Notes: generated by a model not told the origin, from the letters alone. A stretch of 64,000 nt of DNA from Octopus sinensis (GCF_006345805.1 NC_042997.1:65472001-65536000), one strand, 5' to 3'. Positions 40,789-55,024 are shown, counted from the stretch's first letter. A program made the numbers and translations.

Positions 40789-41195
40789 GGGCGGCGAGCT
40801 GGCAGAAATGTTAGCACGTCGGGTGAAATGCTTAGCGGTGTTTCGTCTGCCGCTGCGTTCTGAGTTCAAATTCCGCCGAGGTCGACTTTGCCTTTCATCC
40901 TTTCGGGGTCGATTAAATAAGTACCAGTTACGTACTGGGGTCGATATGATCGACTTAATCCGTTTGTCTGTCCTTGCGTGTCCTCTCTGTGTTTAGCCCC
41001 TTGTGGGTAGTAAAGAAATAAGTATTTCGTCAGCCGTTACGTTCTGAGTTCAAATTCCGCCGAGGTTGACTTTGCCTTTTATCCTTTGGGGTCGATTAAG
41101 TAAGTACCAATTACGCACTGTGGTCGATGTAATAGACTTAATCTCTTTGTTTGTCCTCTCTATGTTTAGCCCCCTCTGGGCAGTAAAGAGATAAA
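40789..41195 (+). mobile_element. SINE type B, dimeric
   Basis: GGCGGCGAGCTGGCAGAA head; core block occurs twice. Confidence 0.9.
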
Positions 41196-41253
41196 TACCC
41201 AGTATTTTGGGGGAAATGAAATTCCCTTAAAATAATAGATATATATATAAAGC

Positions 41254-41707
41254 ATATAGTTTATATCCAGTTAAAAGAAGTAAAGAAAATGTAAATTAGG
41301 CAGTTAATAATTGTTTATTGTTAACAACAAATTGGTCATCTTCACTTCTTGCAGCCTTTTCAATTAATATCGAATAATTTAATTACAAATTTGTACATTA
41401 AAATTTGCATTTATATGACATGAGTAATAATTTCGTCTGAGGAAAAAGCTTTCGATGTTATATGTGGACTTATCAATTCATTTGATAAGCCCACATATAA
41501 AATCTAAAGGTTGATCTTTTTTCCTTTGATGAAATTATTACCCATGTCATATAAATGTAAATTTAATTTACAAATTTGTAATTAAATTATTGAGTATTAA
41601 TTGAAACGTCTGCAAGAAGTGCAATTGGCTAATTTGTTGTTAATAATAAACAATTAACTTCCTAATCTCTATTTTCTTTTCTTCTTTTCACTGGATATAA
41701 ACTATAT
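41254..41707. repeat. About 450-bp fold-back (two inverted pLTR-like arms)
   Basis: Arms meet at CTTATCAA-TTCAT-TTGATAAG (41469-41489); TA-rich on both sides; each arm has a degenerate HHR. Confidence 0.9.
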
Positions 41708-42237
41708 ATATATTTATATATATATATATATACAAGAGATCATTTTTGGTTCTTTTTATGGAGACAAAAGGGTTTATAAGACTGGAAAAGAGAAAAGAAG
41801 TGCAAAATGTAATTGAGGCATGAAGAAAAAAAAACATTGATCAGAGAACAAACATCAAAATCGAGTTAACGACTTTATACATAACACCATTTGATCATGT
41901 ATAAATATTACCATGGCCTTTCAGCATATAAAGAATACATATATAAAATACACAGAAGCTAAAAAATATAAATGCAAATAACAATATAGATATATAGAAA
42001 GGCCTATCAAGAAGGTATATACAATCGCCTAAAACTTCTAAAGCGCGTCATGCGACATAAGATAAATAAGATAAAATATCAACTGACTAAAAAGACTTTT
42101 CTTACTCCCCTCAAACAAAAAATATATGTCAAAAAAGTTCATTTTATAAAAACCATGGTAGTTTGGAGTCCACGATAATACCGTACTAAATTCTGGTGCC
42201 TCAACGTAGGTACTTAATTCATCTGAATCTAAATTTT

Positions 42238-42273
<36 letters not shown>

Positions 42274-42384
42274 CAGAAGATTCCAGTGTAATCCATAGGC
42301 AGGAAAGGTGCAGCTGAAGTGTAGAAGGTCCAGTAGAAGTTGGTGGGTGAAGAGAGGAGACAGGTAGAATCCGTAGCAGTGTAG

Positions 42385-43600
42385 AATCCACCTCAACTTC
42401 TCTTCCTTCTACCCTAAACACCCCAAGCTTTCCATCCCCTATTCCCAATTCCTTAGTGACGACCATGGCTCTTAGTGATGACCGTGACTTTGAGACTCAG
42501 TCTCAACTCATGGCTCGCCATTTCATCTTACGTGGATATCCCCTTCATCACTATCCACACCGCCCTTGCCAGAGCACGTTCCGTGGACCGTGCATCTGCT
42601 CTTCCTCCCCGAACCCGCCCCGCCGTCTCCCGCCTCCTACCAAGCTACCAACCTATCTTTCCAACGCACCATTCTCCGTGCCTTCCAGCAACCCCAGTCC
42701 TACCCCTCCACTTCGCACATCTTCCCTATCGACCCCTCCCCTCCTTCAAACGAGCCCACAACCTACGAGACCTTTGGTCCACAGCTTCTCCCCTAACCCA
42801 ACCTCCCAGCCCGGCTCCTTCACCTGCTCCCGCTCACACTGCCGCACTTGCTCTTATCTCTCCTCACCGGCATCCATCATCGGCCCTATCACATTACCGA
42901 CTCTTTCACCTGCACTTCTACTAATATTATCTACTGCATCTCCTGCTCCCTCAGCCCTTCTCTATACAAACGGGACCCCTCCGATACATCCGACTCGGCA
43001 ATGACACCCCGGTCTCGCGCCATTTCCGTTCTACCGGTCACTCTTTGCAACACTTGTCCGTGTTCGAATTGTCTTTGCACAGGGGCCATCCGGACTCCCG
43101 TTTACGCCGTGAACAAGGATTAACCTTCTCTCCTCGCTCTTTGTGTTACATGGGCTCAACTCTCCTCCCCTCTTCATCTAACCTCCTCCCCTCCCCTCTC
43201 TCCCCCTCACACCTACATCCTCCCACCCATCTCTCCTCTCTTGCTCCGACTCCTACCTACCTTCTTCTTCCTCCCTTCATCGTCACCCCCCTCGTAAGCC
43301 GACCCCACCACTACACATTCCAACACCACCTTCCCTATCCTTCCTCATCCCACCCCACCTTCCCTATCCTTCCTCATCCCACCCCACCCCACCCTTTACA
43401 CCCACTCCCACATATCCTACCTTTACCCCACCCTCCACATACCCACACCTTATCTCTACCCCCACCATTCCTTTCCCCTCTCCCTGCTCACCCACCTCCC
43501 AACACCATCACACCATTCACACACCACTACACCTTACACCATCATACAACACCACAGATCACATCATAACACACCACCACAGATCACATCATAACACACC
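42385..43600 (+). mobile_element. Neptune-type PLE 3' fragment
   Basis: HLNFSS.YPKH..SIPYSQFL, DDRDFETQSQLMARHFILRGYP, HITDSFTCTSTNIIYCISC; deletion inside GIY-YIG; C/A-rich tail. Confidence 0.88.
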
Positions 43601-43635
<35 letters not shown>

Positions 43636-43651
43636 CTCTCTCTCCTCTCTC

Positions 43652-43693
<42 letters not shown>

Positions 43694-44899
43694 CAACAAG
43701 TATATCCAGAGCTAATATATAGAGAGGTAATATATATAGGAGAGTCACCGAAGGCGAAAGGAAAAATCAGATATTGAATGGAGAGCATAAAGTCGGACGA
43801 AATTTCGCTATGCATTGTATTCCGCGTGCCAACGTTTGTGCCAACATGCCACCTTCTTGCATTGAATCAATAACAATTGCATGCTTACTCAGCTGTTTAA
43901 CAACGTATGTACGAAAAGTACGAGATTTTCTATCTATTTTTGATATATAACCAATGCTAGTCGATTGTAGCACATGTGTTATTGTTATTATTTTCCTCAA
44001 GGGTATTAAAGAAGCGTCAGTGTATTTAATTCATTTTTTTTCTTTTTGAAAATTGAAGCCTATATTGCCTCGTTAGGAACTTACTAGGGATATTTTTCGA
44101 AAGATATTTAGTTGTATACATTCCTGATTCTAAGTGATTCCCTGTTGGGAAATATAATAAATCTCAGAGCTATAAGCAAAGAGAAAACAAACCAAGAAAT
44201 GAATCGACTACAACTGGAAAAAATCACGAACGTCATTGAGAAGACAGCTGTATATTTGTTTAGCCATTTTTACTGTAATTCAAGAAGTATTCTCATGATC
44301 ATTAAGATTTCGCAGTTTCTGTTTTGGAGCTAAAAATTTTATTTTTATATGCAATAAATTCAAATTTTTTTTTTCAAAAAAAGAACAAAGCAATATATTG
44401 CTTTACTCCTCTTTTTGGCCACTTGTAGCTAAATATATTCTTTCTGATAAATATTAATATTTTCTTCAAATGCAACAAGGCTGTCAAAATTCGTTATGAG
44501 AGAGTTAATAAACCATAATGTAATTTCAAGCATTATCAAAATAGCTTGAAGAATCCAGCTTTCATAAATGACTTCTTTCTTAATGCAAAATACATCTGCT
44601 TAATAAAAAAAAAAAACTGCACTGTAACGATGTGGCTTTTATATAATTCACCTAACTTAAACCATTTCTATTTCACACATTTGAATCATATTTCATCCTT
44701 AATAGTTACATGAAATTATCTATTTCAATTGAAATTGATAACCACAGACTTAATAATGAAGGTTCTCTGAAATCTGCATTGGTTTCATTTCGCTTTAACC
44801 TTGGGATCGCTCACTTTAATTTCTAAAATAATTAATCTTCTTTCAAAAACAAGACACTTGAGATATGACCAGTAAGGCAGCACGATCGATCTATAGATA

Positions 44900-45370
44900 A
44901 TTTCCATTACTCTTCATAGTGATCTTTGGCCTTCTGTTCAAACTGGAGGCCACATAATGTTAATGTAAAAAAACATATTTTTTATGACTCACACGCTATC
45001 TGTCAATAGTACTGCTGTAATCTCCAGGCTACACTGCACACTCCAGTTTTGCTTTAAAGTAATATGTCTACATATTCAACGAACTACATTATATATTCAA
45101 CGAACTACATTATATATCCAGTTACTATGGATAAAATGTTCTTCTCATATCCTCCTGAGTTTATCACCAACTTTTCAAAACTAAGCACGCTCTTTGAAAT
45201 TAATACACGTTATCTTCTAGCTATCTCACTTTTACTACGCCGACACCGAAACGTTGCTCACTCTCCAATGTTTGCATCATGACACACTGAAACGTCAAAC
45301 ACTGTTCACCTCATGTGAGCAAAGAAGATTCAACACAAAATATTCAGCCAAAGACGTTCTGCAAAGTACT
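44900..45370 (-). mobile_element. Tc1-like 5' (HTH) remnant
   Basis: RSKSEIARR*RVLISKSVLS and DRHITLK resemble a Tc1 N-terminus; highly decayed. Confidence 0.4.
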
Positions 45371-47356
45371 GATACAGTCCAAACAATCCTCAAAATATTA
45401 GATAAAATCTGCTAATTAACATGACATTAGCTATATATCTGATAAACAAAAGAACGATGATCATTGTTAGAACGATTTTCGTTACAGATGCATGATCAGA
45501 GCCTAGATAATGTCAGCAAACAAACGTCGAACCTGTTCTCTACCTCAACCATTACTTTTTCTACTTCGATTGCTTGATTTCTGACTAATGAAGGCAACAT
45601 ATACCATATTCCCGAACAATCTTGTAGTACTATTTACCCATTAATATTTTGAAGTTACACAAGTTTGTTGTGAATACTAATAGCAACAAATTCATTACAC
45701 CTCCGAACCATCTGAATTAGCTAAGCTTATGTATTACACTATCTTTCTTAGCATGTTACCTCAATTTATGAAATACATGAAGTCCAACTAAATCTATGAG
45801 GGTCAATACCGGAAGGAAAGTGGTTATCCACCAAAAACAACATTGATTTTATCAACTCTTTTAAGATTAACACTAGAAACGGAAACGGTATATTCGTTCA
45901 CTACAATAGTTGCAAGTTCATTTGCTTTCCACATAGCACAATATATGTGTCTATTTTCTTTCTCGGGAGATTTCAGCAAATTTTGCATTACTCTCTTAAC
46001 ACTCACTAGTTTCCTAACTATCGATTCATCCTTGTAATAAGGAGTTGTGAAGGTCCGTCTTCCTTATTAAATTCTCATTCATGTTGGCACGCTCAGAGTT
46101 ACAGATCTCGATGTATTGTTCTGCATAATTCGACACATATCTAGCTCAAGATAATATCAGCGAAGCACCGACTGTTCTTACCAGTTTAATATAGTATTGT
46201 TTCATTCATACTCTCATTCCTTTGATATTAGGGTTTCTCAATGTTGAGAGATATTACTTTTAGATATGCACGAACCTCAATACAACCTGGCCAGGCATAA
46301 GTCTCTGTCGAACAAGTTATCCACTCATATTTCTTACAACACTTTCATTCATTCACTAGCGATTTATCTTTCTCTCCTTTCAGATAATACACACATTGCT
46401 ATGCGAGTGATAACTCGTGTCACACTTTCTTAATCAAGTTCGTGTCAAAAACAAATTTAACATGCCTTTTAACAACAAAATGTCACAATCATTATTCTAC
46501 TCAAGGACAACACAGAAATTTCCTTTTCAAGTTACTCCAAATGCTAGTCTCACTCCTTCTGGTAGTTTTTATTCAATGTAACATACATAGTATTGACAAA
46601 ATTACATCACAAAAATAGCCATAAAAATATCGATATTTCAGCGTTGATCTGTTACTAACGCTAATAAGCCCAAATAGTTTAGCTTTCGTTACACAAATAT
46701 CCGAAGCTGAAACCCAAGGAAAGCTCGCATGACTTTCAATTGCTAATAAAACTGTTTTATTTCGTTCTCTCTCCCTTTCTGTTACCATCCTTCTCCCTCT
46801 CCATCCTCCTCTCCTCTCTCTTTCCTTCCCTCTCTCGTACAACCACTCTTTCTCTTGTACCACTAGAACAACCGAGCCTTGTACTGAAAAATATCTATCC
46901 ATATTCCCATAGCTCACCTGTCATCTGTCTCTTCTCTCCCTGTTATACTCTCTGCCATGCCTTAATGAAGCTTTTGATATTTCACTCAAACGTTTCACCA
47001 CATTCTCCTGTACAAATATAGAATCAGCTATCAAACAATATACCAACATCATCAATTTTAACATTCCTGGTAGCGTTGCAAAAATGAGTGTCCAACTTAT
47101 TTGATTCCTAACGTTCCTACCTCTGATTCAGAAGATTATGGTAAATAGATCGATTTTTAGCTTTGTGAAAGAAGAATAGGGATCTTATATGACTGAAATA
47201 GCGATACTGATGTTTAATCTAAATTCTTCTTATTTAATTTGTGGTCAACGAAATATACAAGCTTCCGCTACTACAAACGTATGTGATACTGGAAAAGTAG
47301 TTTCAGTCCCGGAAGCTACAAATGACTGTTTTCTCGCCTAATAAGAATATCATGGA

Positions 47357-47458
<102 letters not shown>

Positions 47459-47659
47459 TGTGTGTATGTGTGTGTATAAATCGGATAAATATAGTCCTAT
47501 GGACGGAAAAAAGTTGCCAAAAATGTTGACAAAAAAAGTTGCCAACGTACGATGCAGAGAATCGTATGTACTGACATACACATATTAGTAGTAGTAGTAG
47601 TATTAGTATAATTTTTATTATTATTATTACATGTATATATATATATATATATATTATAT

Positions 47660-47757
<98 letters not shown>

Positions 47758-48365
47758 ATATATTAGAAGAAATGAGGTAATCAGAAGATCGTATAGTTTA
47801 TATTTACAGATATTTATTTATATATTACATTTTATATATATATATCATATCACTTAGATCATTAACGCTTTCTCCCATTCTAGTGGGGTTTTCAAATCAA
47901 ACTAAATTCCTGTGTGGAGAATTTTAATCATTTTATAGAGTTTCGTAGTGGTGGGGAGGAATATAAGACAGTACAAGAGGATGAGATGGATGAGGAGAAA
48001 GTGAGAGAGAGAACATGTGTGTATGTGTGTGTGTGTGTTTGTATCTGAGGTGAGTGCTAAAGAGAAAGAGGGGAAGGGAAAGGGAAGAAGAAGGAAATAA
48101 TTTTTGGGGTCTGCTGGACAGAATATTGACTCCAAGGGGGTTCTAATAATTTCAGCTTTGACCACTTCACAGTGTCACTGAGTGTGTGGTGGCGGGGAGG
48201 CAGGCCATGGATTATATTTCCTTTTATCATTGTGAGAATGGTCAAATGCTTTTTGGGGTTTAAGAATTCTTTCCACTTTTTATGATCGTTTTGTGGAGGT
48301 GTGTGTGTGTGTGTGTGTCTGTGTGTGTGTCTGTGTGTGTGTCTGTGTGTGTGTCCGTGTGTGTT

Positions 48366-48416
<51 letters not shown>

Positions 48417-48509
48417 GTCTGTGTGTTTGGAGAAGGGAAGAGAGACAAAAAAAGAAAAAGAAAAATATGGGAGGAAGGGGGGAAAATTGTGTTGATATTT
48501 ATACCACTA

Positions 48510-49038
48510 TATATACATGCTTATACATGAAATATTAGAAAAAAAACCTTTTATCGATTTAAAATGAACAACTAAATTACACCATCTTGAAAATTGTATA
48601 TCATAGGAAAGTTAAAATTAAAGTGACAATTAAAAGGTAAAGATGAAGTAAATTATAAAAATAATATAATGTATATAACAGGCAATATATATATATACAC
48701 ACACACACATATATACATATACACACACATACTAAATGTACTACTATATTAGATTGTAAATCGAAAGATGTGTCCTTCAATGTCACTATATATATATATA
48801 CATGCTTATACGTGAAATATTAGAAAAAAAACACCTTTTATCGATTCAAAATGAACAATCAAATTACACCATCCTGAAAATTGCAAATCATAGGAAGGTT
48901 AAAATTAAAATGACAATTGGCAAATATAACAGGTAATATATATATACACACACATACATATATATATATATATACACACACACATATTAAATGTTCTACT
49001 ATATTATATTGTAAATCGAGAGATTTGTCCTTCAATGT
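48510..49038. repeat. Tandem duplication, about 275 and 245 bp
   Basis: Both start ATATACATGCTTATAC and end TGTCCTTCAATGT; substitutions and one deletion. Confidence 0.9.
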
Positions 49039-49096
49039 ATGATGAGTAAAATTTCAGCCATTTAATTTGGGGGAGAACTTAGCTATGAGAACTTAG

Positions 49097-49136
<40 letters not shown>

Positions 49137-49152
49137 CCTTACAAAATATATT

Positions 49153-49285
49153 CTATTCTAATCTAGGAAAAAGGCCCGAAATATAGGGGGAGAAGCCAGT
49201 CGATTAGATCGACCTCAATATGCAACTGGTGGATTTTTTCTTTATCGACTCCGAAAGGATGAAAGGCAAAGTCCACCACGCCGGA
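49153..49285 (-). mobile_element. 5'-truncated SINE type B with 17-bp TSD
   Basis: CCCTTACAAAATATATT at 49136-49152 and 49286-49302. Confidence 0.88.
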
Positions 49286-49370
49286 CCCTTACAAAATATA
49301 TTGATTCAGATATACGCACACATATGAATGATTGTGTGTGCACACGCGTCAATTCAAAGAGAACGTGAAA

Positions 49371-49600
49371 GCACGTAGCTTAGTGGTTAGGGGATTGAAA
49401 TCGTAAGATGGCTGTCTCAATTCCTGTACCAAGCGAAGCGTTGTGTTTTTGAGCAACACACTTCAGTTCAGGTTGCTGGCCAGAAAAGAGCAATCCTGCG
49501 ATGGAAGTGTGTCCCGTCCAGGCAGGGAATATATACGCTACAGAATCCAGAGAAATCACCCTTATGAACTTCTTGCTGGGAAAGGACTTTTGTTCCTTTG
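49371..49600 (+). mobile_element. SINE type D (tRNA head, CORE-like block, CCCGTCCAG tail), degenerate
   Basis: TAGCTTAGTGGTTAGG head; GCGTTGTGTTTTTGAGCAACACACTT; CCTGCGATGG...CCCGTCCAGG. Confidence 0.65.
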
Positions 49601-49799
49601 AGATGCAAGTAGAGCAGAAACACGCAATCATATGATAATAAATGTATGTGTGTTGTACGTTTGCACTCAACTAAGACCACCTTGTTTTGGTTAAATATTG
49701 AAATTGGTGAGCAAAGTAATCTGTGAATATTAAGGTGGCTATTTAGCATCAACGTTGGTTTATTTCTTCGGTAATCACGTCTTTATTTTAACTCATTAT

Positions 49800-50335
49800 G
49801 TCATCTTTGTGACATTATGTCATCTAACACCAGTTAATTTTGTGACTAGCAGACACCGAAGTGACTATTCATAAATAGTATACCACTGTTAACTTTGAAA
49901 ATAAATAAGTATGAATACGTTAGCAGTGGTGAACATTTTGAAGTAGAGATGCAACAAGACTGTGAAGTTACGATGTTTGTTCACAATCTTCGTTAGAGTA
50001 AGCAGAATGTTTTGAGTGCTAAGCAGAAAACACAGTGGCACGTTTACGTCCCCCATGTTAATACACAACAAACGTCATCTTTGTCTCAGTTCGTCACCTT
50101 ACACCAGTTAATTCTGTGTCTAGCAGACACTGATGTAAACTGTATACTACCGTTAACTTTGGAAGTAAATAATAACTATGGATACCAATTCAATGCGTTA
50201 GCAGCAGTGAGTGTGTTGTAGCATAGATGTGATAAGACTGAAGTTACAATGATTATGTGGCATCATCGTTATTACTGCTTTGTGTCAAGTAGAAAACACA
50301 ATGGCAGGATTTCGTTCCCAAAATTAATACACAAC
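49800..50335. repeat. Old diverged tandem duplication (about 270-bp unit)
   Basis: Colinear anchors GTCATCTTTGT, ACACCAGTTAATT.TGTG.CTAGCAGACAC, GTTAACTTTG, GTTAGCAG, AGAAAACACA.TGGCA, TTAATACACAACA. Confidence 0.8.
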
Positions 50336-51865
50336 ATATACTTTAGGTTTTTATATAAATTTTATTATGCATCATGTTTAGATACCGGTTCTTAAATATA
50401 AGAAATAATTTACAGCATAAATATTTAAATAATAAATAATTGCTTTAGACTGAAACATAAAAAACATCATATTTACAAATTTTCACTTATATAATCCTTG
50501 TAGGCCTGGAAATGACTTAAAATTTCGTTATATACCTAATATATTCAGTTATAAATTGATAAGCTCTGTTAAATATAAATCTCTCAGCAGAATTTTAGTC
50601 GCCAGTTATTGATATTTTCGAAACGATTCTTAGTCTTTCATGATTGTTTGTTACTTTTTTTATCTTATTTTTACTTCGGTGTAAAATTGGTTACTTATTT
50701 TTGAAGTTACAATTTGATGCATAAGTAGTTCTGCTTGACTGTATGTATGTGTGTATGTATGTGCGTGAGTGCGTGTTTGTATATGTGGTGTCATGTACTT
50801 TCTTTCTCCTTATACGTATGAGTATTTACTATGATTTACCAAAATATTGATTTTCTACATTGGAACACAGCCAAAATTTTAAAAGGGAATTTTAGAATGG
50901 TTGTCGAGTGAACGTGTTTAAGGTGGTGTATGGAATATATTTGTGTGTCGTACTAGAAAACAAACTAAACTCGTGCGACTTCTAAATTTCGAATAACAAA
51001 TAAAAGGATCGCTGTCCTTCTTGAGACGTAGGTTCAAAAGGCAGGCTTCCCAGATATAGGGCATATATGCCCCACGCCCACACCTCCTGAACAGGACACT
51101 ACTCTGTCGCAGTATTACTCATTTTTACCAACTGCGTGGACTGGAAGAAGAATCGAAACTACAATTTTATAATCATGCATGCAACAGACTAATCCCTAAG
51201 CCACGTGCATCCACAAATTTCGAACTCGCAGCCATTGATACTTAAGATCAGGTGCAACCCTGGGTGCGTGATTTAGAAGATATATTTATGTATCATATCT
51301 GCAGGAGTCAATATAGAACAACTCTTACTCTAGTGACGCCTAATGAAATAGAAACACAAGTCGACAGACAAAAGGTCTATCCTCCTTTATATCAAATCAA
51401 TTTCAGACAATTATTCTTCTACTGAGATTATCTACACTTTCTTTAGACATGATCCCAATTAACGGGGCATCTATTTGTTTCTCGCAAAGGAAAGACAATT
51501 TCAATTCACCAAGAATTCAAGCGGAAAGTTATTAAATATGTGCGCGCGCGGGAATGTGTGAGTGTATACATGTATGTATCTATGTGCGTCTGTGTTTGTC
51601 CGATTTCAACTTCAAAGCGTTGTCACAATATGACCGCACTCCAGCAGTGTGTGTCTAAAAGAAAAAAACACACACACGCATACATCAGGGGACATATTTA
51701 CAAATATATGTATGAGTATTTGGGTAAAGAAACGAGAGAAGAGAAAATACATTTAGATGCTCCAGACCATTTTCGCGACCCATTTTTGAAATCGTCAGAA
51801 CAGCATGTGGGACGAAACTATGAAAAAGAATGTGTCTCTGTGTGTTTAGGTGTGTGTGTTGTATA

Positions 51866-52240
51866 TTCTTTTATTCTTTTATTTGTTTTGTTTCAGTCAT
51901 TTGACTGCTGCCATGCTGGGAGAAGAGAGTTATTGGTCAAATGATTTTTACCCCAGTATTTTTTTTTATCCTTTTAAGCCTGACACTCATTCTATCGGTC
52001 TCTTGCCAAACCGCCAGTTAGTGGTGGTTAACATAGACACAAACTCTCCCTCTCTATATATGTATATATGTATATATGTATACGACAGGCGTCTTTCAGC
52101 TTCCGCCTACCGAATCCACTCACAAGGCATTGGTTGGCGCGAGGTTATAGCAGAAAACATTTGCCCAAGGTTTCACGCTGTGGGAGTGAACCCGGAACAA
52201 TATGGTTTGGAGGCAAACAACCCATCACACAACCACTATG
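51866..52240 (-). mobile_element. SINE type A, degenerate
   Basis: Colinear with 21181-21557. Confidence 0.85.
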
Positions 52241-52940
52241 CACAAATTTTACTTACATTAGTCTTCTCGTATATGTAATTTTTCAGCAACTCTCTCTTTC
52301 TCTTTTCTCACTCTCTCCATCCCCATCATTTTTTCACTCCCTTACCTTTGTCTCTACCCTCTCTTTACCACCCTCTCTATTACGGCCATGCCCTTTAAAG
52401 CACACAGTATTAGGTATATATAAAACTATTCCTTGAAACTGTGTGGACTGAATTTGTTGTTGATAGGCCGCAGGTATATCAGGCCCTTGATTATTACATC
52501 GAGTTCCTTAATTTGAATTGCGACTGTTGTGAGCTCTTGTGTTTTGCATAGCTATGCGGCTTACAGCAGACGCATCATTCTATCTTAAGCGTTATTTCAA
52601 AGTCTTACTGAATTCTGTTACATGATTGTGTGTGCGCTCGCCTGTACGTGTGTGTGTGTGTTTGTGTGTGTATGTGTGTATGTGTATGCATATATATATA
52701 TATGATATGTGTGAGTGTATGTATGTATGTATGTATGTATTTATGTATGTATGTATGTATGTATGCGTGTACGTTCGTGTGTGCATGTGCTTATAGAGAG
52801 AGAAAAAGAGAAAGAAACAAATCTGTATCTGCTCATAATTGTGTATTTGTATGTTACTGTGTGGGTCCCTCTGTATGTGATGTGTACTGTATATGTGTGT
52901 TAGTGAGAGTGTGCGTGTATGTGTACGTGTGTGTGTATGC

Positions 52941-52987
<47 letters not shown>

Positions 52988-53544
52988 TGTACTGGTAAAA
53001 ATATATGTACTTCTACGTAAATCTGTGATCGCACATACATAGTATATGTGTATATTTCCGTAACATAGAACATATCTACCCGAATTTAAAAATTGCTTTA
53101 TCATTACATTTAATTTTCAATTTCACTTTTATATTTCTCTGATAAATTACATCATTTATCATTTACCCACTTTTTAAAAAATTTTTAGTATATTTTATGC
53201 TGCTGTATATCATTTCTAGTAACTTCTTACTAATTTATTAATAAAAATTTATATCATATCAGTAAAATTTTGATATTACTAAATGTTTTAACTGTGTCTC
53301 ATCCACACCGCTAGACACACCAAATAATTTCATCTTTTACTTTATGGCCTAAGTGTGCAGAAAGCCAATACAATTGCCGAAAGGATTTCGCTCTGAAGAA
53401 CTAATGATTCAATCAAAGAAAGAATAAAGATACTCTGTTGTGAAAAGCATTTACTATCTTCATGCTAACCAACTATATATCTTCCATTTAGTGTTTAGTA
53501 GGTGCAGTTCCCTCTGAACTTAGTTCTCAATTGATTCCAATTCA

Positions 53545-53810
53545 GATGGTCGAGAGATCGCGGGTTCGAATCTCAGACCGGGCGATGTGTGTGTTTATGA
53601 GCGAAAGCACCTAAGCTCCACGCGGCTCCGGTTGAAGGTAATGGCGAACTTCTGCTGACTCTTTCGCCACAACTTTCTATCACTCTTTACTCCTGCATCT
53701 AGCAGCTCACCTGCGACGGACCGGCGTCCCGTCCAGTTGGGAAACCTATACGCCAATAAAACTGGAAACCGACCCTTATGAGCCAGGTATGGCTCGAGAA
53801 GGAACAAACA
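53545..53810 (+). mobile_element. Chimeric SINE (type C 5' half, type D tail)
   Basis: CAGACCGGGCGATGTG...CTCCACGCGGCTCCGG followed by CCTGCGACGGACCGGCGTCCCGTCCAG. Confidence 0.75.
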
Positions 53811-53814
53811 ACAC

Positions 53815-54316
53815 CCTGGGAAAGTGTCTTCTAAAGTATCGGCTTGACGAAAGCCTTGTGAGTGGACTTGATTAAAAGAAACTGAAAGAAGCTAGTCTTA
53901 CATGTATGTGTGTATGGGGGAGAGAGGTGGGAAGAGAGTATGTATATGCATGTGTTTTCGCCTCTCCCTTCACTGCTTATCAGCTGGTGTTTGTTTGTTT
54001 CTGTCCTCGCAACTTAGTAGTTCGGCAAAATAGATTGAATAATTACTTATCTTTAAGAAATAAGAACCTAGTTCGGCTTCTTCAGTTAGAACCCTTCAAG
54101 TTGTGTCCCAGCATGACCACAGTCAAAAGACTAAAACAAAAAATGAAAGATAACGATAATAGGCACAGGCGTGTTTCTGTGGCAACAAGTTTGCTTCCCA
54201 ACCACACGGTTCAGCTCCACTGCATGCCACCTTGGCACGTGTCTTCTAGTGTAGCCTCAGGCCGACCAAGACCTTGTAAGTAGATTTGGCAGACGGAAAC
54301 TGAAAGAAACACATCG

Positions 54317-54320
<4 letters not shown>
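53815..54320 (+). mobile_element. Two consecutive degenerate SINE type A copies (about 53815-54135, 54163-54320)
   Basis: CCTTGTGAGTGGACTTG, CCCAGCATGACCACAGTC, TTGGCAGACGGAAACTGAAAG. Confidence 0.7.
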
Positions 54321-54352
<32 letters not shown>

Positions 54353-55024
54353 CGTGTGTGTTTGTGTGTGTGTGTTTGTGTATGGTCCTAGGAGAACTAA
54401 TGAGAAATCTTAACGTTGAGAGTTAATAAAATCGGCATCTCAAACTGGTATTACAGCGTAGAGTCAAAAGTATTTGAGCAGATATTGCAACTGTTCGAGA
54501 TTCAAAGAGGCGCAGATACCCAACGACGTGTCGAAAATGTAAGGAATCTGAATGAAGTAACACACAAGCAACGACCGGTCATCTATTTTCTAAGAAATTA
54601 TGTGCCACCTAAATCATAGCAGGAGACCCGTGTGAAAGCAGCATTAGAAGCAACACCTTAGTAATTGCATAGGCAACCGGATAGATATGTGTGTGTATGC
54701 ATATATGTAAAATTAGGCAAAGTTGTATATCCTATATAACAATATTATTGTTAACTTTCGCATAGTTACATTAATATTTATTGTTCACGTTATTAACAAT
54801 ATTATTGCTCGTTAATATTACTGTTCATACTGTTAATAATTATTGTTCGGCAATTTTATTGTTCATGCTGTTAACATAGTTCCATGTATAAATCAACTCC
54901 ACATCGCTTTATGCAATGACTTTCTTTGCCCAATATTTAATGATTATACTTTATTGAGGGGCATTTGTGAAACCGTCGTGGGTACAAAATCAACTCACAA
55001 CCCGTGCTCGTGTCTGTCAATTCC

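Noticed and set aside
46242-46340. TGTTG...CAACA 100-bp segment as a mini solo LTR
   Set aside because: Too short, no TSD, no PBS or PPT
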